Source: Sphingomonadaceae bacterium (lineage in GTDB: Bacteria; Chloroflexota; UBA6077). From it: a DNA stretch of 64,000 nt. The DNA is taken from positions 15,115-79,114 of the forward strand of contig JBLNDL010000025.1 in assembly GCA_050261575.1 (NCBI GenBank). Direction: 5' to 3'. A program made the translations under genes and the position numbers. This document shows, piece by piece, positions 57,147 through 64,000 of this stretch. Numbering within the stretch: the first letter of the stretch is position 1; each line of letters opens with the position of its first letter. Below the pieces are notes generated by a model. The model saw nothing but the letters and a program-made list of their open reading frames with translations, had not been told where the DNA came from and did no database searches.

Positions 57147-60097
57147 CTCGCACCTCCCTTCGCCTCGGAGGTCTTGCCGAATGTGGCTGTGGGGGAGATC
57201 GCCTCTCCCGCCTTCTCCGCGGCCTGCTCGATGGTGTGAGCCATCCCAGATCTTCCACTGCCGAAGCTCAGCGTTAGGACCGCCTCGTAGGCGGCGCCTT
57301 CCGCCAGCGCGTTGAACAGCGTTCTCGCTGTCTCGAGCGGCCTCGCGGGGTGGTTGAGGCTTACCTCGCACGCCTTGAAGGAGAGGGTGCCTCCCTGCTT
57401 CGCGCTCCCGTCCACGTCGACGTCCAGTGTCACGCTCTCCGCACCGAAAGGCTGCGCCACCGCCGCGAGAAGCGCCGCATCGGCGGGCTTCCCGGCGGTC
57501 AGCCTCAGGGAGAGGAGCGGGCGCCCGCTCGCGTACTCCAGCGCCTTCGCCCAGGTAGTCGCGGTCACCTTCGGTGGATCGGGCGGGGTCCATATCCCCC
57601 CTCCACCATCGGGCAAACCGCCCCCACCGGTTCCGGTGCTGTCGTCTTCCTTCGGTGCCTCCTCTACGTCCTCGCGCATCCACTCCACGGCCTCGGCGCT
57701 GTCGGCGCGAGACAGGAGCGTCGCGTCGTCCAGATCAATCGTGGTGAGCATTCCTTCGCTCTTCCGGCGCTCCCCGAGGTCGCCGGTAGTCCGGTAGCCG
57801 CCGCAGTAGGCAGAGCCGTCCTCCAGCCGTACCGCCAGAAGGCCCTTCTCGACAGCCTTCAGGATGGTCTGGGAAACCACACTCGAGTTGGGGAGGAGGC
57901 GAAGGCCCTTCATGGAGAGGAAGCGCTCGTGGACCGCCCTTGCGCTGTACACTTCCTGTTTGCCCGCCTCCGGGACGGCGCCCGGCAGGACCTCCTTCAT
58001 GAGCCGGTCGAGATCCAGCGTGTCCCCTGGCTGGTAGATCAGCTTCTTCTCGTCCAGGAACTTCTTCACGATCGCCTGGCCCTTGACCTGGCGGAGCAGA
58101 TCGTCGTCGCTCGTCTGGAGCGGCTCCTCCAACCTGTAGACTGTCCCGCTTGCGAGCACCACCCGGTCGAACGCCCTCATCGTGTCCAGGCGGAAGCGCT
58201 TGACCAGCCCCGGCCGTACCCTGCCGAGCTGCTCCTTGACCAGCTTCCCCTGCTCGCCCTTCGCCTCCTCCTCGATCCTCGTCGCCGCTATCAGCCGCTG
58301 GGCCCTCTCCACGGCGATGTTGAATGCAGGGATGTTCGGCGCGACCGCGAGGATGGAGTTCAAGAAGCGCCGCGGCATAGGGGCTTCCGGCACCGAGTCG
58401 TCCTCGTACCTGCACACCCGCTTCGCCATCGCCTCGTCCTCGGCCAGGACCAACTGCAGCTCGCGGCTCTCGGGCACCTGGCGTGGGCTCGCGGGCAAGG
58501 AGACGAGCTTGAACACCGGGCCCTGGAAGTAGGCCTGCGCCTCGGCCATCACCCAGCCGCGAGCGTCCTCCAACGGCACCTTTGCCATCTGCTCCTCGAT
58601 CTGCTTCAGCACGTTCGGCTCGTATCGGAACTGGTACCCGTCTCCCCCAGCCATCGGGTAGAGGTGCCAGCACACCCCGGCCAGGCGGTCCATGGCGTCC
58701 ACGGGCTCGGGGCCGGCTTCATCCGGCCGCAGCACTGCCAGCGTGACCTGCTGCCGGTCCAGGCCGGCATTCGGAGCCATCTGGATGCTTTCCAGCAGTA
58801 TGGCCGAGGCCACACGGCGGTGGATCCCCCTCGGTTCCTCGCCGTCCAACTCTCCGGCATGGGTGATCACGTCTGCCTCCACGGCGGCGATGAAGCGGTC
58901 CCTGTCCAGCCGCTGAAGGAGGTCGGCCTTGATCCGGTCACTCGACCAATCCACGTCCCCCGCGCTGATCACCTCCAAGTCGCGCCCCGACTCCCAGACG
59001 TCTCGGATGATCCTGGCGAAGAGTCGGAGCACCCCGCGGCTCTTCTGGAAGGCTCCCAGGGCGGAGAGCCGTTCCTGGGCGGTTTCCAGCAGACGCGGAT
59101 GGAACGGATAGCATTCCAGCAGCAGGCGGTCGTACTCTGGGGTCTTTGCCGCAACGGGCAGCAGGCCGGGATAGGCCTGGGAAACGCGCTGGTAGAGGTC
59201 GTGGTAGAGGGCGGAGGCGGCCTGCGCCGCTCCTGTGTCGACGTGCTCGAAGAGCCGACGGACGATGACCCTCGCCGACTCCCCGCCGATCGGGTCGAAC
59301 TCGCTGGCCTTCCTGCCGAAGATGTCGTCCAACTTCGCTCCGGCGCCGGGCAGCGCCCTGGCGAGCCTGTCGGCTTCCCCCGCGTACGCCCGCTGCTCCC
59401 TCGGGTCCGTGACCACGAGGGCGGCCTGATGTCGGGCTCCCACCACCCCGGCAAGGGTCGTGATGAAGCCGAGCAGGTTCCCCTGGCCTCGCTCGGAGAG
59501 CTTCGCCATGTAGATCACCAGCTCGTCCAGGAGGAACAAGGCCGGCTCGGCCGGCATCACGTCCCTGATCTGCCCCTCGTGGGGAGAGGCCTCGGGATCG
59601 TCCGCCTCGCCCAGGATCTTGAGGCCATCCCTGCCGGCCAGTTGATAGAAGATTTCCCCCCACAGGCTGTGGATCTGGATCCCCTCATGAACATCGAAGA
59701 CCGGCACCCCGGCCTTGCCGGCATCGACGGCGACAACCTTGACGCTCTTGGGCCTCCCCGCATGGGGGAGCAGCTCTGTGCCCAGGGTCGCGTCGGCGAT
59801 GTTCTTCGCCAGGTGCCACATCGCGATGAGGGTGTGGGTCTTGCCCCCACCGAAGCCGGTGCTCAGCCCCACTGTGATGCCGGCCTCGGTGGTGCTCGCC
59901 AGCCGCCCGAAGACCGCGGAGATCACCTTCCTCAGCCGCTCGGCCGGGTGGGTGTTGCGGAAGAAGAGTGCGGGGTTGCCGTAAACCGGGGGCGCCTCCC
60001 CCGTGATGACGTGGTAGAAGTCCGCGGCGAAGATTGCGTCGTCGAGGTCGCCTTTGAGCACTTCTGGTCGAGGCTTGCAGCCTGTGAGAACTCCCAT
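57143..60097 (-). CDS. large P-loop ATPase, DUF499 / BrxC(PglY)-like
   Basis: Walker A STGFGGGKTHTL, Walker B ALFLLDELVIY. 984 aa from ATG 60097, preceded by an AAGGAG SD. Confidence 0.8.
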   Translation of the reverse strand: MGVLTGCKPRPEVLKGDLDDAIFAADFYHVITGEAPPVYGNPALFFRNTHPAERLRKVISAVFGRLASTTEAGITVGLSTGFGGGKTHTLIAMWHLAKNIADATLGTELLPHAGRPKSVKVVAVDAGKAGVPVFDVHEGIQIHSLWGEIFYQLAGRDGLKILGEADDPEASPHEGQIRDVMPAEPALFLLDELVIYMAKLSERGQGNLLGFITTLAGVVGARHQAALVVTDPREQRAYAGEADRLARALPGAGAKLDDIFGRKASEFDPIGGESARVIVRRLFEHVDTGAAQAASALYHDLYQRVSQAYPGLLPVAAKTPEYDRLLLECYPFHPRLLETAQERLSALGAFQKSRGVLRLFARIIRDVWESGRDLEVISAGDVDWSSDRIKADLLQRLDRDRFIAAVEADVITHAGELDGEEPRGIHRRVASAILLESIQMAPNAGLDRQQVTLAVLRPDEAGPEPVDAMDRLAGVCWHLYPMAGGDGYQFRYEPNVLKQIEEQMAKVPLEDARGWVMAEAQAYFQGPVFKLVSLPASPRQVPESRELQLVLAEDEAMAKRVCRYEDDSVPEAPMPRRFLNSILAVAPNIPAFNIAVERAQRLIAATRIEEEAKGEQGKLVKEQLGRVRPGLVKRFRLDTMRAFDRVVLASGTVYRLEEPLQTSDDDLLRQVKGQAIVKKFLDEKKLIYQPGDTLDLDRLMKEVLPGAVPEAGKQEVYSARAVHERFLSMKGLRLLPNSSVVSQTILKAVEKGLLAVRLEDGSAYCGGYRTTGDLGERRKSEGMLTTIDLDDATLLSRADSAEAVEWMREDVEEAPKEDDSTGTGGGGLPDGGGGIWTPPDPPKVTATTWAKALEYASGRPLLSLRLTAGKPADAALLAAVAQPFGAESVTLDVDVDGSAKQGGTLSFKACEVSLNHPARPLETARTLFNALAEGAAYEAVLTLSFGSGRSGMAHTIEQAAEKAGEAISPTATFGKTSEAKGGAR

Positions 60098-60354
60098 GAG
60101 TGAACGCTCCTTTGCGGAATTCAGGAGGTCGGCAGCAAACGAGGAAACCGGAGCAGGAGCGGGACCGCGCGGTTGCGCCCGGCAGGGACCGCTCAGGTGC
60201 ATCAGCTACTACCAGAGAACACCACGGTTTGCAATCCCCCAAAAGCTCATGCCACCGCAGGCGATAGATGTACCGTCCGGCATCCGCCCTGGGTTAGAAG
60301 GGGTCTCCCAACATTGTACAGACAACTTGCAATCAGGCACGGTACACTGCCGGC

Positions 60355-60732
60355 ATGGGAAGAACAGCGAGGTACACCAAGGAGAAGCAGACCGAGGCCG
60401 TGGCCCTCGCGGTGGTCTCGGGTTCCGCTCGGGGAGCCGCCAGGGAGTACGGGATTCCGGCTCGCACCGTACAGAGGTGGGTCCGGGAGGCCGAAGCCGA
60501 TCCGGACCTGGCAGATGTTATCGCGTCCAAGAGACTCAAGATAGCCGCCGCGCTGGCCGACGCGGCCGAAAGCGCCATGCTCGAGATACTCGCCACGCTG
60601 GAGAGGTGGCGGGAGAGTCCCCTGGAGTGGACCACCTTGGATATCCAGAGCGTGCCCGTGACGTGCTGCATCATGCTGGACAAGCTGGATCTGCTGCTGA
60701 AGCAGGGCGACTTCCACCGCTACTCCAGGTAG
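60355..60732 (+). CDS. small helix-turn-helix protein (transposase/terminase-small-subunit-like HTH)
   Basis: 125 aa. GSARGAAREYGIPARTVQRWV is a classic HTH. Divergent from the ATPase gene. Confidence 0.6.
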   Translation: MGRTARYTKEKQTEAVALAVVSGSARGAAREYGIPARTVQRWVREAEADPDLADVIASKRLKIAAALADAAESAMLEILATLERWRESPLEWTTLDIQSVPVTCCIMLDKLDLLLKQGDFHRYSR

Positions 60733-60976
60733 GACCGGCGCCGCTCCTTCCTGACACGCCCCCTCTGCCCTCCCGACTTACCTGTAGCGGTCGCGATGAC
60801 CATACCGTCCGCCAGCAGGGGCGGTTGTCGATGGTCGGGGCTCCGCTTCTACGGGTCCAGATCACGGTTCCGGCCCCAAGACCCTAGTGATAGTGGCGCA
60901 CGCACGTCGCACGAAAGCAGAATGTTTGCAGCGGCACCTGGAGCGCCCGGGCCTGGAAGGCGAAGACACAGGATAT

Positions 60977-61001
60977 GGGCTCTGGAGCGGCTCCAGAGCC
61001 C
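60977..61001 (-). terminator. hairpin immediately downstream of tRNA-Cys, inside the island-derived flank
   Basis: GGGCTCTGGAGC-G-GCTCCAGAGCCC, 8 nt after the tRNA 3' end. Confidence 0.55.
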
Positions 61002-61008
61002 AACATAT

Positions 61009-61082
61009 TGGAGGCGACGAGCGGATTCGAACCGCTGATAGAGGTTTTGCAGACCTCCGCCTTGCCACTTGGCCACGTCGCC
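61009..61082 (-). tRNA. tRNA-Cys (anticodon GCA), CCA encoded
   Basis: Acceptor GGCGACG/CGTCGCC, anticodon stem GAGGT/ACCTC with loop CT-GCA-AA, T arm AGCGG-TTCGAAT-CCGCT, discriminator U, CCA. Confidence 0.92.
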
Positions 61083-61146
61083 GATCACCGCCGTTCAGCC
61101 CGAAGAGGCTGCGAGGCACGCCCGCAGCCTCCGACTGCTCAACGGG

Positions 61147-61218
61147 AGCGGAAGACGAGATTCGAACTCGCGACCCTCTCCTTGGCAAGGAGATGCTCTA
61201 CCACTGAGCCACTTCCGC
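61147..61218 (-). tRNA. tRNA-Gly (anticodon GCC)
   Basis: Acceptor GCGGAAG/CTTCCGC, anticodon stem TCTCC/GGAGA with loop TT-GCC-AA, T loop TTCGAAT. Confidence 0.9.
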
Positions 61219-61227
61219 GCGAACCGG

Positions 61228-61300
61228 TGCCGAGGATCAGAATCGAACTGATGACACCGCGATTTTCAGTCGCGTGCTCTACCAACTGAGCTACCTCGGC
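61228..61300 (-). tRNA. tRNA-Phe (anticodon GAA)
   Basis: Acceptor GCCGAGG/CCTCGGC, anticodon stem CGCGA/TCGCG with loop CT-GAA-AA, T loop TTCGATT. Confidence 0.9.
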
Positions 61301-61316
61301 TCTCAAGGTCAATCAG

Positions 61317-61346
61317 ATTCTAGCCCACCCCGCCCAAGGGTGTCAA
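61317..61346 (-). promoter_or_regulatory. near-consensus sigma70 promoter of the tRNA-Phe-Gly-Cys unit
   Basis: Minus strand: -35 TTGACA, 18-nt spacer, -10 TAGAAT. tRNA-Phe starts 16 nt after the -10. Confidence 0.7.
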
Positions 61347-61666
61347 GGCTGCGCATTGCCTCACGACTAGCCAGACCCGAGGCTGGATCGTTGCCTCACA
61401 ATCCATCGCTGTCAGCTATCCGTGCGCCTTGGACATGCTGGACATCGCAACGGGCTGGAGAGAGTGTCAGGGGATCGTAGACAAGAGCCAGGAGGCTGTC
61501 TTGGCCGCTCGGGAGGAGTTGCGGGCTCGGCCGCCCTTCCCCCTGCTGGGTATCGACTCCACCGATGGAGTGGAACACCCGCTACCCCCGCCCTGCCAGA
61601 CACGCAGCGCGCCCAGCCACCTGGCGAAATAACAGCCCCGCACCAACTGCGGAGCCAGAATCTCAG

Positions 61667-61740
61667 TGGGCGAAACAGGGCTCGAACCTGTGACCTCCCG
61701 GGTGTAAACCGGACGCTCTGACCGGCTGAGCTATTCGCCC
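61667..61740 (-). tRNA. tRNA-Val (anticodon TAC)
   Basis: Acceptor GGGCGAA/TTCGCCC, anticodon stem TCCGG/CCGGG with loop TT-TAC-AC, T loop TTCGAGC. Confidence 0.9.
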
Positions 61741-61768
61741 AAAACGAAAACCTTCGCCGACGGCGAAG
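61741..61768 (-). terminator. terminator-like hairpin + U tract between tRNA-Leu and tRNA-Val
   Basis: Minus strand CTTCGCC-GTC-GGCGAAG followed by GTTTTCGTTTT, which runs directly into the tRNA-Val 5' end. Confidence 0.5.
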
Positions 61769-61788
61769 ATCTCCGGATGCTCTCTGGG

Positions 61789-61871
61789 TGCCCCCGACTG
61801 GACTCGAACCAGCACGTCCTTACGGACACAGGCCCTCAACCTGCCGCGTATACCTATTCCGCCACGGGGGC
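61789..61871 (-). tRNA. tRNA-Leu (anticodon GAG), long variable arm
   Basis: Acceptor GCCCCCG/CGGGGGC, anticodon stem GCAGG/CCTGT with loop TT-GAG-GG, variable arm GTCCGTAAGGACGT, T loop TTCGAGT. Confidence 0.88.
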
Positions 61872-61896
61872 GCGCGGACGCACGGCTAACAGCACA

Positions 61897-61924
61897 ATTA
61901 TAGCACTGGGGCCACCGGTGTCAA
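61897..61924 (-). promoter_or_regulatory. consensus sigma70 promoter of tRNA-Leu
   Basis: Minus strand: -35 TTGACA, 16-nt spacer, -10 TATAAT. tRNA-Leu starts 25 nt after the -10. Confidence 0.7.
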
Positions 61925-61938
61925 CCTGCCGGCCCCGA

Positions 61939-63270
61939 TCAGGATGCGGAGCCGCTGTCGGTCGCTCCGACCCAGATCCTCACCCTGTACGCGCGCATCG
62001 CCATGGACCCGAGCAGGAACATCACCACGGCGAGCAGGATCAGCACCCGCGACACCCCCAGCAGGTCCGCCAGCCCCCCGACGAACACCAGCGGCAGCAC
62101 CGACGCCAGATTCCCCATCGTGATCTGCACGGCGAAGATCCGCCCCCGGCTCTCCACCGGCGCCTGCTCCTGCAGCAGAGTCTGCGAGGGGATCAGCACC
62201 ATGGAGAGGGCGAATCCCATCACCCCGGTCACCATCATCACCACCGTGACCAGGCTGACTATCCTCGGCAGTCTCTCAGGGTCCACCAGCAGCGCCAGGA
62301 TCTGGAAGATGAGTCCCCAGAGCGGCGTCACCAGCGCCAGCAGCAGCAGCCCGAACGCGACGACGCCCATGCCCACCACGATCAGGAGCTCCTTCGGCAG
62401 CAAACGGGCAAGCCGGCCCATCACCACGGCGCCAACGGCCATCCCGAAGCCCGCGGGTGCCAGGACGTAGACGGTGTCGTCCGCACGTATCCCCACCACG
62501 GATACCATGAACCTCGGAGCCAGCATCGCGGTTATCAGACTGAGGGTCGCGCCGCTGGTCAGCACAACCATCGCCATGGTGGCAACCCGATCGGAGAGAA
62601 CGAAGCGCCACGTCTCCTGCAGGTCGGCGAGGAAGCGGCGAATGGCCCGGACCTCCTCCTCCGCCACGCCAACCCCTTCGCGCCTCCTCCGCCCCGGCAG
62701 CGGAAGCACCAGGAACCCGCACACCACGAAGAGGACGGCGATCAGCGCGAAGAGGCTGCCCGTCCCGAAGAACTTGATGACGATGGGCGCCATCAGGACG
62801 ATGCCCACCAACTGCGAGATGGTGAAGGTCAGGTTGAACAGGGAGTTGGCCGTCATCAGCCTTTCCCGACCCACCAGCGTGGGGATCATGGCCGATTCGG
62901 CCGGAAGGAAGAACTGGCTGATGATGGAGAAGACGAAGGTCACGGCGTAGACCGTGGCCACCGACTCGCTGAAGAAGATGTAGCCGAGCACCGTGACGGC
63001 GCGCAGCCAGTTGGTGAGCACCAGCACCGCCCGCCTGTCGACACGGTCCACCAGCACGCCAGCCGGCACGGTGAAGATCACGGAAGGCAGCACGTAGGAG
63101 ACGATGGCTATCCCTATCTGGGTGGTCGAGCGAGTGGCCTCCTCGATCAGCACCATCAGGGCGAACCAGATGGCGTTCTGCGCCGTCTGAGAGATGGCCT
63201 GGGCAGACCAAAGCAGCATGAAGGGCCGGTTACCCCAGATGGAGTCCACCGGCGGCCTTTGCAGTGTCAC
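61939..63270 (-). CDS. MFS transporter (EntS/MFS_3-like)
   Basis: About 12 TM segments. FMLLWSAQAISQTAQNAIWFAL..VDRVDRR. Start uncertain: GTG 63270 or ATG 63219. The ORF extension to 63540 overlaps the DUF951 gene. Confidence 0.8.
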   Translation of the reverse strand: MTLQRPPVDSIWGNRPFMLLWSAQAISQTAQNAIWFALMVLIEEATRSTTQIGIAIVSYVLPSVIFTVPAGVLVDRVDRRAVLVLTNWLRAVTVLGYIFFSESVATVYAVTFVFSIISQFFLPAESAMIPTLVGRERLMTANSLFNLTFTISQLVGIVLMAPIVIKFFGTGSLFALIAVLFVVCGFLVLPLPGRRRREGVGVAEEEVRAIRRFLADLQETWRFVLSDRVATMAMVVLTSGATLSLITAMLAPRFMVSVVGIRADDTVYVLAPAGFGMAVGAVVMGRLARLLPKELLIVVGMGVVAFGLLLLALVTPLWGLIFQILALLVDPERLPRIVSLVTVVMMVTGVMGFALSMVLIPSQTLLQEQAPVESRGRIFAVQITMGNLASVLPLVFVGGLADLLGVSRVLILLAVVMFLLGSMAMRAYRVRIWVGATDSGSAS

Positions 63271-63281
63271 CGCCTCGCCGC

Positions 63282-63524
63282 TCAAGCCTGTTTCCGGCTG
63301 GCTAGGGTGTGCAGGTCCACCGGGGCGCTGGCCCGGGAGACGAACTGCTTCATCCGTCGCTCCAGGACGGCGCGATCCAGCAGCACCTTGTGCTCGCACT
63401 TCAGGCAGCGAAGCCCTATGTCCGCGCCCAGCCGCACCACCACCCAGTCGGTTCCACCGCAGGGGTGCGGCTTCCGCAGTCTGATGACATCGCCCAGTCG
63501 AATCTCCATAACCATCCCAGGCAC
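63282..63524 (-). CDS. DUF951-family small protein
   Basis: LGDVIRLRKPHPCGGTDWVVVRLGADIGLRCLKCEHKVLL matches the DUF951 pattern from memory. ATG 63509 is an alternative start. Confidence 0.75.
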   Translation of the reverse strand: MPGMVMEIRLGDVIRLRKPHPCGGTDWVVVRLGADIGLRCLKCEHKVLLDRAVLERRMKQFVSRASAPVDLHTLASRKQA

Positions 63525-63573
63525 GACCTCCGCACCTCACTCCAGAGCGGGCGCAGATGAGACTACGCGCCTA

Positions 63574-64000
63574 TTATACCCCCTCCCGTCTCCTATAGCT
63601 GTTGATGGCATCACGAAGGGCCGCCGCCTCCCGGCGGGCGGCATCACGCCAGTCGGGCCCAGAGGAGGCGAAGATGATCCCCCGTGACGAGTTGATCACG
63701 GCCAGTTCCCCCGCGTCGTCGGTGCCGTTCAGCACCGTCCGCTCCAGGTCGCCGGCCTGCGCGCCCACACCGGGGATGAGCAGCGGCAGCTCGGGAGCCA
63801 GTCCCCGCACCGCGCCGAGCTGCTCCGGGTAGGTAGCACCCACCACCAGCCCCACGTTCCCGTACTGGTTCCATCGTCGCGCCTGCAGCGCAACCACCTG
63901 ATAGAGCGGCAGCGACCCTTCCAGCGCTGAGCAGGTCAGATCCTGGAAGTCCCCAGACCCCGGATTGGAGGTCCTGCACAGTAGGAACACACCCCTGTCC
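63574..64000 (-). CDS. pyrF: orotidine 5'-phosphate decarboxylase (type 2), C-terminal part; 5' end outside window
   Basis: FLLCRTSNPG, GLVVGATYP, LLIPGVGAQAGD, VINSSRGIIFA. The frame is open to the window edge. Confidence 0.85.
   Translation of the reverse strand, partial: DRGVFLLCRTSNPGSGDFQDLTCSALEGSLPLYQVVALQARRWNQYGNVGLVVGATYPEQLGAVRGLAPELPLLIPGVGAQAGDLERTVLNGTDDAGELAVINSSRGIIFASSGPDWRDAARREAAALRDAINSYRRREGV

Larger units (their letters stand above)
48377..61052. mobile_element. genomic island inserted at the 3' end of tRNA-Cys; no integrase recognisable
   Basis: Perfect 45-bp direct repeats at both ends covering the tRNA from the anticodon loop to CCA. The cargo is defence-type genes. 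Confidence 0.6.

Noticed and set aside
57147-57683. Upstream part of the 321-aa ORF 56718-57683.
   Set aside because: It overlaps the C-terminus of the ATPase gene and is Arg/Gly-rich. The ATG at 57146, with its ATGA coupling, gives a compact 142-aa product instead.
57350-60103. Very long ORFs opposite to, or out of frame with, well-supported genes. Examples: 57350-60103 (+, 917 aa), 44815-47181 (-, 788 aa), 61777-63687 (+, 636 aa), 41272-43125 (+, 617 aa), 14557-16104 (+, 515 aa).
   Set aside because: These are typical shadow ORFs of GC-rich DNA. The products are dominated by Arg/Pro/Gly/His with no motifs, and each fully overlaps a gene with clear family signatures in another frame.
48422-61007. 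Integrase, recombinase or transposase gene inside the tRNA-Cys island.
   Set aside because: None of the six-frame ORFs shows tyrosine-recombinase (R..HxxR..Y), serine-recombinase or DDE signatures.
61429-61632. 67-aa ORF with GIDSTDG, considered as a transposase pseudogene feature.
   Set aside because: The resemblance is to a very short motif only, with no flanking inverted repeats. It is reported as a low-interest finding, not as a feature.

Overview
This is a visibly GC-rich bacterial chromosomal window (composition judged by eye, not computed). It is densely coding, and most genes lie on the minus strand. About three quarters of it is housekeeping DNA in a Firmicutes/Chloroflexi-like order: rpsA-clpC-radA, then yacL-ispD-ispF-cysS-rlmB, recR-ybaB-dnaX, polA, thiL-tsaE-tsaB-rimI and ftsK. 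A Na+-translocating oxaloacetate-type decarboxylase operon interrupts this order between radA and yacL. A DUF72-MFS-IclR unit is followed by a tandemly duplicated pair of uncharacterised genes (a 2x[4Fe-4S] protein plus a Cys/His-motif protein). The right end has five minus-strand tRNA genes (Leu-Val, then Phe-Gly-Cys) with near-consensus promoters. The most interesting region is a 12.6-kb insertion at tRNA-Cys, bounded by a perfect 45-bp direct repeat of the tRNA 3' half (48377-48421 and 61008-61052). It has no recognisable integrase. It carries a translationally coupled cassette: DUF499-type ATPase, small ORF, DUF1156-type amino-methyltransferase and PLD-nuclease/SNF2-helicase fusion, followed by a TPR protein. 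The cassette looks BREX-like but lacks PglZ, and I know of no experimental characterisation of it. Other observations include an orphan consensus promoter plus intrinsic terminator enclosing about 130 nt upstream of yacL, a three-copy 66-nt inverted-repeat element family, a roughly 485-nt leader upstream of a winged-helix gene, and probable leaderless mRNAs. All functional calls rest on motif recognition from memory; no database search was possible.
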